64,000 nucleotides of DNA from positions 352,001-416,000 of the forward strand of contig CBDCEW010000105.1 of assembly GCA_965215885.1 (NCBI GenBank), read 5' to 3'. The position numbers and the translations under genes were made by a program. The notes beneath the pieces were generated by a model, which made no database searches, had not been told where the DNA came from, and saw only the letters and a list, made by a program, of their open reading frames with translations. Of the stretch, positions 9,724 through 20,351 are shown piece by piece (the first letter of the stretch is position 1; each line of letters opens with the position of its first letter). The DNA comes from Candidatus Moanibacter sp. (lineage in GTDB: Bacteria > Verrucomicrobiota > Verrucomicrobiia > Opitutales > UBA2987).

Positions 9724-10841
9724 CTAATAATTCTTTGCCATTGTCGCTCTTTCGCTTGATTGGCGGCTTTCAGTGCACCATTGGCGACGTGCTGCTTATA
9801 ATTCTCTCCGATGGAGCGCACCTTCGGTTCAGCAAAGCCGTCATTTTCAAGCAATCTCTGGAGAGTTGGAGCGATATCCCGAATACGGCTGCCACCTCCG
9901 GTCAGAACAATGTTCTGAAGCAGTTCCGATATGCTGTCGCCGTCGGCTTTGCCAATTAGATTTCTTACCTTCTCAAAAATGCGATTGAGCAGCTCATTGC
10001 AGGCAGTTGCGATTTGCTCACCAACTTGGAGTCTACGAGATTTTCCTCCTATAATCACATCTACCTCGATCGTGGGATCCGCTTCTCCGACGTAAGAGAA
10101 TTCCTCTTTGAGTTCCCGGACACGGTTGAGTGACAGCTGGCAGTCCGGGTAGGTCTGTAGGATTTCCTTCAAAAGGAGCTCATCCACCGCGTCGCCGGCG
10201 AAATCAATGCTGACTTGATCATCAGTGAGGGGAAAGTACCCCTGAACGAGACAGATATCGGCACTTCCCGCGCCGATGTCGATAAACATGGAGTTTCGGA
10301 CCGGGTCGACGTAATCCGGATCGTCCAGTCGGGACTCATCCCGGTAGCCGAGTGCCGCCAAAAAGGGTTCGGGAATAAGGATCACTTTGTCGAACACGCC
10401 CGTAACTGCAGTTCTCACGTTTTCACGGGAAGCGCTATCGGCCTGAGCGGGTACCCCGACGACCGCACGAATTTCAGATCCGTTCTCGATATTCAACCTC
10501 GATCTGAGGTGCCGGGCAAAATCGCGAGCCGGTTTCAAGTTCTGTATGATCCCTTTTCGGAGCGGCCGCTCCATATTGAGGTGTAGGCGCTGTTCAAGGG
10601 CTTCGATTCCAAAGAGAGTCTTATCGCCCCTCGGAAGGATTCCATCCAGGATGCCTTCATTGGCGTAACCGACAATGGTGGGAACGATTGTGTCGACCTC
10701 CGTCTGCTCGGAACCGCGAAATGATGCCTGGAGGCACGAGGTGTTGGTTCCCAAGTCGAGTCCGACCATCACGGGACGTTGCTGAGTGAGTTCCGAATTA
10801 GAACTCGAGATGGGTTTTGTGGTTTTGACTTTCTTAGACAT
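9720..10841 (-). CDS. MamK-like bacterial actin (MreB/MamK superfamily)
   Basis: GLDLGTNTS (phosphate 1), EPFLAALG, IDIGAGSADI (phosphate 2), LQNIVLTGGGSRIR (adenosine); VGY, AVVGVPA, DQVSIDFAGDAVDE and KEEFSYVG recall MamK more than MreB. Confidence 0.85.
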   Translation of the reverse strand: MSKKVKTTKPISSSNSELTQQRPVMVGLDLGTNTSCLQASFRGSEQTEVDTIVPTIVGYANEGILDGILPRGDKTLFGIEALEQRLHLNMERPLRKGIIQNLKPARDFARHLRSRLNIENGSEIRAVVGVPAQADSASRENVRTAVTGVFDKVILIPEPFLAALGYRDESRLDDPDYVDPVRNSMFIDIGAGSADICLVQGYFPLTDDQVSIDFAGDAVDELLLKEILQTYPDCQLSLNRVRELKEEFSYVGEADPTIEVDVIIGGKSRRLQVGEQIATACNELLNRIFEKVRNLIGKADGDSISELLQNIVLTGGGSRIRDIAPTLQRLLENDGFAEPKVRSIGENYKQHVANGALKAANQAKERQWQRIIS

Positions 10842-10861
10842 GGTGCATCTGAGATTTCGGG

Positions 10862-11404
10862 TTAGGTAAATGCTCGCAGAGGGCTTAGAGATCGTGCCAT
10901 CGGTTCGAATTCTTCCGCATTGAGCGCATCTATCATATCTCCGATATTGTGTAGAGGAATCTTCCTGCGTGTTGTAAAGAGTGGCATATGGTTTGTTTCT
11001 CGCGAGTCATCATCGATAGGCAATGCGGAGTCTGATTCTCTCTTTACGGCCGGATTACTGATTTCATTAATGGCTTTATTTGATTCGGTCGGATAGGGCA
11101 GATCATTCGTGTAATTCGTCATTTTCGGCAGCACATGTTTTGCCACGTGGTCGATCACTATTTGTTGGATTTTTTCTGCCTCGGTTATCTTGCGATATTC
11201 ATCAGAAATCATAGCGCGTACTCTAAGTTTACATTCCTCAGTACTCATTTCTGTAATATCGGCCCATTCGGAAATGAGGTTGGGTAGCTCATCTCGCATC
11301 AAAATACGCATCGCATCGCTTTCGCCCTCCCTGTAATGTATACAGGCTTCACGATAATGCGAAACGATCTCAAACCATAATATCTCAACCTTTTCAGTTT
11401 GCAT
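10862..11404 (-). CDS. Hypothetical protein, 20 bp upstream of and co-oriented with the MamK-like actin
   Basis: 180-aa ORF; helical-looking N-terminus, polar linker, C-terminal RRKIPLHNIGDMIDAL segment; no family recognised. Confidence 0.7.
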   Translation of the reverse strand: MQTEKVEILWFEIVSHYREACIHYREGESDAMRILMRDELPNLISEWADITEMSTEECKLRVRAMISDEYRKITEAEKIQQIVIDHVAKHVLPKMTNYTNDLPYPTESNKAINEISNPAVKRESDSALPIDDDSRETNHMPLFTTRRKIPLHNIGDMIDALNAEEFEPMARSLSPLRAFT

Positions 11405-11517
11405 GTCTTACGTTGGTGTTTGGTTAGAAGGTAATCCGCGAATAGCCCTGCTACCAACAGTTTCACGGAAAAATTCGACAGCCGTTCGAAATCCACGCGC
11501 TTGGAGGACAGACTTGA

Positions 11518-11533
11518 AGCAACTAGTGTACCA
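11518..11533 (-). promoter_or_regulatory. Candidate sigma-54 promoter for the hypothetical + MamK-like operon
   Basis: Minus strand TGGTACACTAGTTGCT, 1 mismatch to TGGCAC-N5-TTGCW, ~114 bp upstream of ATG 11404. Confidence 0.6.
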
Positions 11534-11781
11534 GGGGCATTCCGTTTGAACGTGACGTCGGTTAACACTGAGTATTTACCTTTACGATATTGAAAAGGTT
11601 GGAGTAGGTCCGACAGGCTGCCAGGAGCGCTGTGCGGAAAAAAACTCCGGAAATTTCAACGTTCAGGCGGGAAATTCCTCCCTCACACCTTTTTCTTCAC
11701 GTAGGTTGGTGGGCTCTTATCAAAACCCCACTTTCGACTTCGAATGCAACCGGCCAGGGGCTGAGAGAATTTTCTCTACAG

Positions 11782-11858
11782 TGGCACACCCGGAGGGACT
11801 CGAACCCCCAACCTCCTGGTCCGTAGCCAAGCGCTCTGTCCAATTGAGCTACGGGTGC
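11782..11858 (-). tRNA. tRNA-Arg (anticodon ACG)
   Basis: GCACCCGTAGCTCAATTGGACAGAGCG-CTTGGCTACGGACCAGG-AGGTTGGGGGTTCGAGTCCCTCCGGGTGTGCCA; cloverleaf, T-loop GTTCGA, encoded CCA. Confidence 0.97.
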
Positions 11859-11983
11859 TTGAATTCGAATTGCGTTCGAAGAATTAAGAGAATCGGGCCG
11901 CCCTTTTCAAGTCGAACTTTTAGCCAGGAAAATCATCCGATTTCCTGGCCAGGAGCCCGTCGTACTTTCGATCCGACAGTTTC

Positions 11984-12358
11984 CTAAGCTGCCGACACTT
12001 TGGGAAGTTCCGAAGGTATATCGACTCCGTGGGGGTGTTTGCGCTTTACTTTCTTAAGTCGAGACCGCCTACGCAGCATCCGGTCCAGTTTGACGACCAG
12101 CTGATCAATTGACCTGTAGAGATCGTCCGTTGCGACCGAAGCGATCTTGGGCGGACCGTTTATTTCGATATGCCCTTTAGCGATATATTCATTCTGTTTG
12201 GAATTATGAGCATTGTACTCAAGTTCCACCCTTATCCTGATAATGTGACCCTCGTGACGAAACAGTTTGTCCATCTTTTCGGTAACGGCACTCTTAAGCG
12301 CCTCCGTGAGTTCGAGATGCACACCTGATATAATCAATTCGTCACTATTATCACTCAT
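11984..12358 (-). CDS. hpf: Ribosome hibernation factor / RaiA family
   Basis: ISGVHLELTEALKSAV, DDLYRSIDQLVVKLDRMLRR; start taken at ATG 12358. Confidence 0.88.
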   Translation of the reverse strand: MSDNSDELIISGVHLELTEALKSAVTEKMDKLFRHEGHIIRIRVELEYNAHNSKQNEYIAKGHIEINGPPKIASVATDDLYRSIDQLVVKLDRMLRRRSRLKKVKRKHPHGVDIPSELPKVSAA

Positions 12359-12569
12359 TTGTATAGCCTTTCTTTTGGTTATTAGAGGAATAATCAAAAA
12401 TTCCTCGTTGAATAATACGCCGTTTGAAGCGAATTTCTGAAATTCGCCAAGCATATTGTAGTAGTGCAGGCCCTTCGATCTTCTGTGCAGAAAGTCTTCT
12501 CAAAGCTTCTCTAAACCTATACTATGAATCGCTTATTTGCAACATTCCTTTTCGAACAGGCTCTAACCA

Positions 12570-13427
12570 ATGCCGGATAACCGAGAACCCCCAGTAGGAA
12601 TCGGCCCGGAACCGGATCTTATCTCGTTGGAAGAACTCCGCGGTTGGATTCTTTTCGAGGATGAGAATTATCTCGTAGTAAACAAGCCGGGTTGGGTTGT
12701 TTGCCACCCGTCTAAGAGAGGTCCGTATTCAAGCCTGGTTGGAGCGTGCAGAGAGTATACCGGACTTGAGGTACTTCGGCTGGTGAATCGTCTCGATCGT
12801 GAAACCAGCGGTGTTGTCGTCTTCGCCAAGAATAGAATATCGGCGCGAGACTGCCAGAAAGCCCTGCAGGAAAGGCGGGTCGATAAGATTTACTGCGCCA
12901 TTCTCGATGGTAGACTGCAGGAAAGTATGATGATCAACAAGCCGCTCGCCCGCGATATTGAAAGCCCCGTCTATATCAAACAGACGGTTCGCAAATCCAA
13001 TAGCGCCCGGCGGGCCCGATCGTACTTTGAACCGATGGTGTCGCGAGAGGATTTCACTTTGACGAGAGTCTCGATCTTTACCGGTCGAAAGCATCAAATA
13101 CGTGCTCATGCCGAGTGGATGGGTCACCCAATTGTTGGAGACAAGATGTACGGGCCCGATGACACGCTCTATCTGGAATTTATCGAAAATGGATGGACGG
13201 ACCGGATGGAGACGCTCTTGCCCATTCATCGGCAGGCGATCCATGCGGCGTTGCTTCGATTCAGGCTATCTGACCGTACGCTGCAGTTTTCCGCCCCTCT
13301 CCCGGAGGATATTTCATACTTCTGTGCTGAGAAAATGCAACTGACAGAGATTGATATGAAGAATCTGGAGGCGAAACTTATTGGCGTGATTGGCGAATGC
13401 GGAGGAGCGAACAGATTGCCGCTTTGA
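12570..13427 (+). CDS. RluA-family pseudouridine synthase
   Basis: VVNKPGW, NRLDRETSG, TGRKHQIRAH, GHPIVGDKMYG. Confidence 0.92.
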   Translation: MPDNREPPVGIGPEPDLISLEELRGWILFEDENYLVVNKPGWVVCHPSKRGPYSSLVGACREYTGLEVLRLVNRLDRETSGVVVFAKNRISARDCQKALQERRVDKIYCAILDGRLQESMMINKPLARDIESPVYIKQTVRKSNSARRARSYFEPMVSREDFTLTRVSIFTGRKHQIRAHAEWMGHPIVGDKMYGPDDTLYLEFIENGWTDRMETLLPIHRQAIHAALLRFRLSDRTLQFSAPLPEDISYFCAEKMQLTEIDMKNLEAKLIGVIGECGGANRLPL

Positions 13428-14181
13428 CCGTTGCAACATGGGAATCGACTTGAACTTCGAATGGTACGTTCGATGGGGCTTCAAACGTGTAGACGAGGGG
13501 AGAGTGGTGTGCCAGAAGATAACATGATTCAGGCCAGTGGGGCCGAATATCGAGTACCAGAGAGGGGTAGAGGACACCGTTCCTGGAGGGATAGCCTTCG
13601 ATGATTGGAGATGGATCGATGCCGACGATAGGTTCGACCTCGGCGAGGGCGGATTCCGCCACGGAGGGGCGTTCGTCGGGATTCAATTCGTAGATATAAT
13701 ACCCCGTGGCATCGCAGTCCTCGTGCAGGCATATGGCGAGATCGAAGCTGGCGCGATGTTCCCTGAGCCAGGCAGTGTGGAGACGTGCTTCTCTTGTCGA
13801 AAGATGCCGATAGTCGCGATTGATGTCCTGGCCATCGGCATTGTCACGCTGATCGCGTGAGGCGCCTTCCGCGTTGAGAAGTGGAAAGAGGCACCAGTTG
13901 ACGTGGGCGGCGAAATCGTGATTTCGAAGGAGACGTAGAAGACTGAACGGTCCAGCCGTTTCGTTACCGTGAATACCGGCGGATAAGTATATGGCAGGGT
14001 CTTTGCGCTTAGACCGTCGAGTCAGTGTCACAAGCGGTGCCGCTCCGTCGTCACCATTGTGATGGATTTGAAAACGGGCACCTTTAGCGGCCTCTTCAAT
14101 ATCGGTAAGGTATCTGCTGAGATTGAGCTTCAACTGCCTTAATCTGGTATTTTCCCGCGGGATTCCACGGGCAGTTTTCAT
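13378..14181 (-). CDS. M14-family Zn metallocarboxypeptidase
   Basis: AGIHGNETAG (HxxE), DINRDY, CLHED, TFEAPS; start uncertain. Confidence 0.82.
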   Translation of the reverse strand: MKTARGIPRENTRLRQLKLNLSRYLTDIEEAAKGARFQIHHNGDDGAAPLVTLTRRSKRKDPAIYLSAGIHGNETAGPFSLLRLLRNHDFAAHVNWCLFPLLNAEGASRDQRDNADGQDINRDYRHLSTREARLHTAWLREHRASFDLAICLHEDCDATGYYIYELNPDERPSVAESALAEVEPIVGIDPSPIIEGYPSRNGVLYPSLVLDIRPHWPESCYLLAHHSPLVYTFEAPSNVPFEVQVDSHVATVKAAICSLLRIRQSRQ

Positions 14182-14305
14182 TTTGCTCGAAATTCACCCT
14201 TAAACGTATAGATATGGACCCAATTGGAAGGTGGTCGCAATGTTCGATTGCCCGTTACTTTCGGGAATTGCCGAGAGTTGAACATAAAAATTACGCTTTC
14301 TTGTT

Positions 14306-15625
14306 GTGGTAAGAGTACGATTCGCACCGAGCCCGACGGGCAGTTTTCATATTGGCAGCGCGCGCACGGCGTTGTTCAACTGGCTATACGCGCGGCATAC
14401 CAAAGGTGAATTCATATTGCGAATAGAGGATACCGATAAAGAGAGGAATACTCCTGAGGCGCTGCAGGATCTTTTAAATGGGATGCGCTGGCTCGGGCTG
14501 AATTGGGATGAAGGTCCCGAAGCTGGAGGGGAGTCCGGACCCTATTTCCAGAGCGAGCGAACGCATATTTACCGTGAATATCTTGAGAGGCTTCGGGAAA
14601 GCGGTAGAGCCTACGACAGAGATGGCGCGGTCTACTTCAAGGTATCGAACGAGCCGCAGACTATCAACGATGCAGTACGAGGTGAGGTAACCCGCAAGGA
14701 AGAGAAGGATTTCGTGATTTTCCGGTCGGATGGCACCCCGGTATTTCACTTCGCCGTTGTGGTTGATGACATCACAATGAAAGTGACGCATGTTATCAGG
14801 GGAGAGGATCACTTATCGAATACGAGCAAGCATACAGAACTTTTCTCCGCTCTTGATGCGACTATCCCGGCCTTTGCCCACATCCCATTGATTCTCAAAG
14901 CGCATGGAAAGGGCAAGATGAGCAGTAGAAACGAGGGATTCCTGTTGGAGGATTACGAGAACCGTAATTTCCTCGCCGAATCCGTTCGAAATTATCTCTG
15001 CTTGCTTGGTTGGTCGCCTAAAGACGATCGGGAAATCATCCCAATTGATGAGATCATATCAATTTTTGATTTTCCCGGTATCAACAAGGATGGGGCGCGC
15101 TTCGACGATCGTAAACTGGCCCACATCAATACCACCTATATGCGAAAACTTCCGGTCGAGACCTTTGCCTGGATGGCGAGACCATTGCTTGAATCCGCGG
15201 GAGTAGTAGGGGAGGGGATCGGCGAAAATTACTATCAGAGCGTTGTTGGATTATGCCAGGAGAAGGTTCGTTCACTGGATGAATTGCCTGCCTATACCGG
15301 GTATTTCTTCAGCGAAGACTTCCCGATCGACGAAAAGGCACGCAAGAAAGTTTTTCGTAAGGGTGAACCCCTGGAGCGCCTGAAAGAATTGCTCACGGAA
15401 CTGGAGACCTTGTGCGATTTCGATGAAAATGAGCTTGAAGCAGTTGTCAAAAAGCTCTCTGAACAGAAGGATGTATATACCGGCGAGTATATTCATCCTG
15501 TTCGGCTAGCTGTCTCCGGAACGAGCGCCGGACCCGGCATTTACGGCCTCTTGCGTGTTCTTGGTAAGGAGAGAACGTTGACCCGAGTACGAAAATTCTT
15601 GCAGAACTATGGAGAAATTCACTGA
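14306..15625 (+). CDS. gltX: Glutamate--tRNA ligase
   Basis: VRVRFAPSPTGSFHIGSAR, LRIEDTD, THVIRGEDH, KMSSR. Confidence 0.93.
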   Translation: MVRVRFAPSPTGSFHIGSARTALFNWLYARHTKGEFILRIEDTDKERNTPEALQDLLNGMRWLGLNWDEGPEAGGESGPYFQSERTHIYREYLERLRESGRAYDRDGAVYFKVSNEPQTINDAVRGEVTRKEEKDFVIFRSDGTPVFHFAVVVDDITMKVTHVIRGEDHLSNTSKHTELFSALDATIPAFAHIPLILKAHGKGKMSSRNEGFLLEDYENRNFLAESVRNYLCLLGWSPKDDREIIPIDEIISIFDFPGINKDGARFDDRKLAHINTTYMRKLPVETFAWMARPLLESAGVVGEGIGENYYQSVVGLCQEKVRSLDELPAYTGYFFSEDFPIDEKARKKVFRKGEPLERLKELLTELETLCDFDENELEAVVKKLSEQKDVYTGEYIHPVRLAVSGTSAGPGIYGLLRVLGKERTLTRVRKFLQNYGEIH

Positions 15626-15690
15626 TCTGCATCTCATCCGATATTTGACCGCATTCGCGCCAGATAATTCCAAATAATGTTGAATCCAGT

Positions 15691-17424
15691 ATGACTTCTG
15701 AAGAATCCGGAGTGCCAAAGCATTTTATCAGACAGGCTGTTTCTGATGATATGGAGAGTGGCCGTTGGAATGGTCGCGTGGTGACACGTTTCCCGCCGGA
15801 GCCGAATGGGCATCTCCATATCGGGCATGCCAAGTCGGTCTGTCTCAATTTTGGGATTGCCCGAGAGTTCGGAGGCACCTGCCATTTGCGTTTCGATGAC
15901 ACGAATCCGGAAAAGGAGGAAGCCGGCTTTGTCGAGGGGATTAAGGAAGATATCCGTTGGCTGGGATGGAATTGGGGTGAGCACCTCTATTTCGCTTCGG
16001 ATTATTTCGACACGCTGGCCAAATTTGCCATTCAGTTGATCGAAGCGGGAAAGGCATATGTCTGCGATCTCAGTAGTGAAGATATCCGAAAATATCGCGG
16101 CACTTTGACAGAGCCGGGGCGGAACAGTCCCTACCGGAACCGAACGATTGAGGAGAATCTCGATCTGTTCGGGCGCATGAAAGATGGCGAATTTGAGGAA
16201 GGGGCTCGGGTCCTGAGAGCAAAGATCGATATGTCGGCGCCCAACCTGAATATGAGGGATCCCGTGGTGTATCGGATCATCAAAATTCCTCACCACAGGA
16301 CCGGGGATAGTTGGCACATATATCCGATGTATGATTTCGCCCATGGGCAGTCGGATTCGATCGAGCAGGTAACCCATTCGCTCTGTACGATGGAGTTTGA
16401 AGACCATCGCCCGCTGTATGACTGGTTCCTCGATGCGCTCGAGATTTACCACCCGCAACAGATCGAATTCGCCCGACTCAATCTGAGCCATACGCTCCTG
16501 TACAAAAGGATGCTTTCGAGGCTTGTTGCTGAAGGTCATGTTGCGGGCTGGGACGATCCGCGTATGCCGACGCTTGCCGGGATGCGTCGCCGGGGCTATA
16601 CTCCGGAAGCAATCAGAGAATTCTGCGAGCGGGTCGGAGTAGCCAGGCGAGACAACGTGGTCGATTTTGCGCTTCTCGAGCATTGCCTTCGGGAGGACTT
16701 GAACAAACGAGCCCTTCGTGTGATGGGCGTTCTACATCCGTTGAAGTTAGTGATCGATAACTATCCCGAGGATCTGATGGAGGAACTTGATGCCGTCAAC
16801 AATCCGGAGGACCCGGCCGCAGGAACGCGCAAAGTGCCGTTTTCTCGCAACCTGTATATTGAGCGAGATGATTTCAGAGAGGAGGCTCCGCGAAAGTACT
16901 ATCGCCTCGCTCCCGGAAGAGAAGTGCGGCTACGCTACGGCTACTACGTTACCTGCACGGGAGTGAATAAAGACGGGGAGACCGGGGAAGTAACCGAACT
17001 GCGCTGCACTTATGATCCGAAGACACGTGGCGGACATTCGCCCGACGGCCGAAAGGTAAAGGCGACGATTCATTGGGTGTCTGCCGCACATGCGATCGAG
17101 GCGGAGGCGCGGCTCTATAGTCGACTGTTTTCCAGTGAAAAACCCCACCAGGCCTCAGACGGGAAAGACTTTATCTCGAATCTGAATCCCGATTCGCTGG
17201 AAGTTGCCAGATGCTTTGTTGAGCCGAGCCTGGCCGGGGCGCAGGGAGGTGGCATCTATCAGTTTGAGAGGCTGGGATACTTCTGCGTCGATACGATCGA
17301 CTCAAACGAGGAACGACTCGTTTTCAACCGGACGGTGACTTTGCGCGACTCCTGGTCGAAGATTGCAAGGAAACAGAGGAATCTTTCGGACGCATCTCCG
17401 TCGGAATCTCAATCCATCACCTAA
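15691..17424 (+). CDS. glnS: Glutamine--tRNA ligase
   Basis: [47 protein letters not shown]. Confidence 0.95.
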   Translation: MTSEESGVPKHFIRQAVSDDMESGRWNGRVVTRFPPEPNGHLHIGHAKSVCLNFGIAREFGGTCHLRFDDTNPEKEEAGFVEGIKEDIRWLGWNWGEHLYFASDYFDTLAKFAIQLIEAGKAYVCDLSSEDIRKYRGTLTEPGRNSPYRNRTIEENLDLFGRMKDGEFEEGARVLRAKIDMSAPNLNMRDPVVYRIIKIPHHRTGDSWHIYPMYDFAHGQSDSIEQVTHSLCTMEFEDHRPLYDWFLDALEIYHPQQIEFARLNLSHTLLYKRMLSRLVAEGHVAGWDDPRMPTLAGMRRRGYTPEAIREFCERVGVARRDNVVDFALLEHCLREDLNKRALRVMGVLHPLKLVIDNYPEDLMEELDAVNNPEDPAAGTRKVPFSRNLYIERDDFREEAPRKYYRLAPGREVRLRYGYYVTCTGVNKDGETGEVTELRCTYDPKTRGGHSPDGRKVKATIHWVSAAHAIEAEARLYSRLFSSEKPHQASDGKDFISNLNPDSLEVARCFVEPSLAGAQGGGIYQFERLGYFCVDTIDSNEERLVFNRTVTLRDSWSKIARKQRNLSDASPSESQSIT

Positions 17425-17478
17425 AAATCCGTACCTCAAGGGAGTTTCTAAAGCTGGTTTCGGCAGAATCCTAGTCCT

Positions 17479-17964
17479 ATGACATCTCCTGCAAAGGTTC
17501 TATTTCTTGGTCTGGATGCCGCCGACAAGGACTTGATCTTTCGATGGTGCGAAGACGGGTTTCTTCCAAATATCGAAGCGTTTCGAAAAGAGAGCCTCTG
17601 GGGGCTTACGGCGAATCCTCCCGGTCTCTATACGGGCGCCGTCTGGCCTTCTTTTTACACTGGCGTTTCACCGGCGCGGCATGGCCGGTATTTCCACACT
17701 CAGCTCAGACGAGGGACCTATAAGACCTATGACTTTCGGATCACCGATCTCAAGTGCGAACCTTTTTGGGACACATTGAGTCGAGCTGGTCTTCGTCTTT
17801 CCATAATTGACGTTCCCAAAGGCCCGCCGTCCAAGAAGCTGTGTGGAATTCAGATCTGCGACTGGGGCACGCATGATCCCGAATTCTCGTCGCCGCGATT
17901 CTTCCCGCCCTCTCTCGCTTCTGAAGTGACTTCACGCTTCGGCAAGGATCCTGTTGGGCGGTGC
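17479..17964 (+). pseudogene. 5' fragment of an alkaline-phosphatase-superfamily (phosphodiesterase) gene
   Basis: KVLFLGLDAAD, AVWPSFYTGVSPARHG, IIDVP; family-like sequence stops near 17964 and the ORF ends at 18048, far short of normal length. Confidence 0.72.
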
Positions 17965-18187
17965 TTGCCGCTTCCATTCCTTGATGCACGGGAAGTTCGA
18001 TTACCTTTAAGGCGAGATCGGAAAAATCGGAAAGTAATGAGCGTGTAGTTTCGTCTGGACCGTCCTGAACTACTATAATTTCGATGTTGTTGATATTCTG
18101 TATCGTGATGCTTGCGATCGCCCGCATGAGGAGTTGCGGCCGATTGCGGGTCGGTATAACGACGCTCACGCTGGGAACTGCTGTCAT
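17962..18187 (-). pseudogene. 5' fragment of a GT2 glycosyltransferase gene
   Basis: VSVVIPTRNRPQLLMRAIASI..EIIVVQDGPDET..HQGMEAA, then loses family resemblance before the DxD motif. Confidence 0.75.
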
Positions 18188-18268
18188 TCCTTGTCTTCGG
18201 GTTTTGCTGTTGAATAGGATGCTCGATTATGCATTCCTGTAAAATTGAAAAATCTGAAAGGCGAAATT

Positions 18269-19681
18269 ATGGTTAAGACACTGTTCGAAAAAGTCTGGGA
18301 GCGCCATATTGTCAGAGAACTGTCCAACGGTGAGTATCAGCTGTTTATTGGTACACACCTTGTCCACGAAGTAACCAGCCCCCAGGCCTTCGGCATGTTG
18401 CATGAGATGGGTCTGGGGGTGCCTTTTCCTCACCGAACCTTTGCCACGGTCGATCATATTGTTCCCACGGATGATACTAAAGAACCTTTCAGTGACGCTG
18501 TGGCTGATGAGATGTTGCGCTACTTGCGACGAAACTGCGAGGAATACGGAATAACCTTTTTCGATCTGCATTCGGGAAGGCAGGGGATAGTACATGTTAT
18601 CGGGCCCGAGCTGGGGATTACACAACCGGCTACGATGATCGCATGTGGAGACTCACATACTTCGACCCATGGCGCCTTTGGTGCGATTGCCTTCGGAATC
18701 GGGACATCACAGGTTCGCGATGTATTGGCTACACAGACACTGGCGATGGACAAGCTGAAAGTCCGCCGCGTCAATGTGGACGGCCAGCTTAGTCCAGGTG
18801 TTTACGCTAAGGATGTTATTCTGCATATTATCAGAAAACTTGGTGTTAACGGAGGTATCGGGTTTGCCTATGAGTACGGTGGCGAGGTGTTTGACCGCTT
18901 CTCAATGGATGAGCGTATGACGGTGTGCAATATGTCGATTGAAGGGGGTGCGCGTTGTGGATATGTGAACCCCGATGATAAGACGTTTGATTATTTGAAG
19001 GGGCGTCCCTTTTGTCCCTCGGGTAATAAATGGGAAGAGGCCGTTCGCGATTGGCGCGAAATGGCGTCAGATCCCAATTGCCGATACGATGATGTGGCGA
19101 CGTTCCGAGCGGAGGATATCGGACCGACCGTCACTTGGGGTCTCAACCCGGGGCAAGCTATCTTTATTGACGAAGAGGTTCCTTTTCCGGAGGAATTTCC
19201 CGAAGGGGAGAGAGCCAACGTCGAGGAAGCGCTGACCCACATGAAGCTCGCTTCGGGAAAGCCGATTAAGGGGACACCGATCGATGTCGCCTTTATCGGC
19301 AGCTGTACCAATAGCCGGCTCTCCGATCTCCAGGAGGCTGCACGCTTCGTGAAAGGGCGAAGGGTAGCGCCTGGAGTAAAGGCTCTTGTTGTTCCAGGCT
19401 CAAGTGGAGTCAGTGCACTTGCGGAGGAAATGGGAATTGCGGAGACATTCCGTGAGGCCGGATTTGAATGGCGTGGCGCCGGATGCTCGATGTGCCTGGG
19501 AATGAATCCGGATAAGTTGGTGATGGACCAGCTCTGTGCGAGTTCGAGCAACCGAAATTTTAAGGGAAGACAGGGTAGCCCTTCGGGGCGCACTGTGTTG
19601 ATGAGTCCGCTTATGGTGGCGGCGGCGGCAGTGGCCGGTGAAATCAGTGACGCACGCGAAGTGTTCGACGTCGCAAGTTAG
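18269..19681 (+). CDS. leuC: 3-isopropylmalate dehydratase large subunit
   Basis: [53 protein letters not shown]. Confidence 0.97.
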   Translation: MVKTLFEKVWERHIVRELSNGEYQLFIGTHLVHEVTSPQAFGMLHEMGLGVPFPHRTFATVDHIVPTDDTKEPFSDAVADEMLRYLRRNCEEYGITFFDLHSGRQGIVHVIGPELGITQPATMIACGDSHTSTHGAFGAIAFGIGTSQVRDVLATQTLAMDKLKVRRVNVDGQLSPGVYAKDVILHIIRKLGVNGGIGFAYEYGGEVFDRFSMDERMTVCNMSIEGGARCGYVNPDDKTFDYLKGRPFCPSGNKWEEAVRDWREMASDPNCRYDDVATFRAEDIGPTVTWGLNPGQAIFIDEEVPFPEEFPEGERANVEEALTHMKLASGKPIKGTPIDVAFIGSCTNSRLSDLQEAARFVKGRRVAPGVKALVVPGSSGVSALAEEMGIAETFREAGFEWRGAGCSMCLGMNPDKLVMDQLCASSSNRNFKGRQGSPSGRTVLMSPLMVAAAAVAGEISDAREVFDVAS

Positions 19682-19719
19682 TCGGATTCCTGAACGAAAC
19701 TTTGCACTCCAATTCATAA

Positions 19720-20331
19720 ATGGCGCTAGAGAAAATCACCCAGATTACCGGAAATGGTGTATACGTTCCGGGCGATGATATCGATACGGACCGAATCATT
19801 CCGGCTCGGTATCTCAGGTGCATCACTTTCGATGGCCTGGGCGAGTATGCTTTTTGCGATGAGAGGAAGGGTAAGGATGGCAGCGACACATCGCACCCGC
19901 TGAACGATGAGCGCTTTGTTGGCGCTACCATTCTCCTGTGTGGCTCCAATTTTGGGTGTGGGAGTTCCAGAGAGCACGCGCCCCAGTCTCTTTTCCGCCA
20001 CGGTTTTCGGATTATTATTGGCGTCAGTTTTGCGGAGATTTTCTTTGGTAATTCCATCAAATTGGGCATGCCCTGTCTAACGGCGCCTCGTGATGAAATT
20101 GAAATTCTGGCTTCGGCGATCGAGAGTGATCCGAAACTGCGCGTAACCGTCGATGTTGGCAGCGGCAATGTCTCTTACAGCGACCACACGTTTCGTGGTG
20201 AATTACCCGAGGGAGCGCGAAACAGTCTCCTTGAGGGAAGGTGGGATCCCATTGCTGAGCTCTTGGAGGGGAGGGAACTTACGGATCGAGTTGCTTCGAC
20301 CCTATCCTATGTTGCTGATAAAGCGACCTGA
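19720..20331 (+). CDS. leuD: 3-isopropylmalate dehydratase small subunit
   Basis: DIDTDRIIPARYL, NFGCGSSREHAP. Confidence 0.97.
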   Translation: MALEKITQITGNGVYVPGDDIDTDRIIPARYLRCITFDGLGEYAFCDERKGKDGSDTSHPLNDERFVGATILLCGSNFGCGSSREHAPQSLFRHGFRIIIGVSFAEIFFGNSIKLGMPCLTAPRDEIEILASAIESDPKLRVTVDVGSGNVSYSDHTFRGELPEGARNSLLEGRWDPIAELLEGRELTDRVASTLSYVADKAT

Positions 20332-20351
20332 CCGGTCGATTGGTATGAGAC

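Noticed and set aside
9720..10841. Magnetosome island
   Set aside because: No other mam or mms genes are recognisable nearby; only the actin is MamK-like
11782..11858. tRNA-Arg as an island or prophage integration site
   Set aside because: No integrase and no duplicated tRNA 3' end seen in the window
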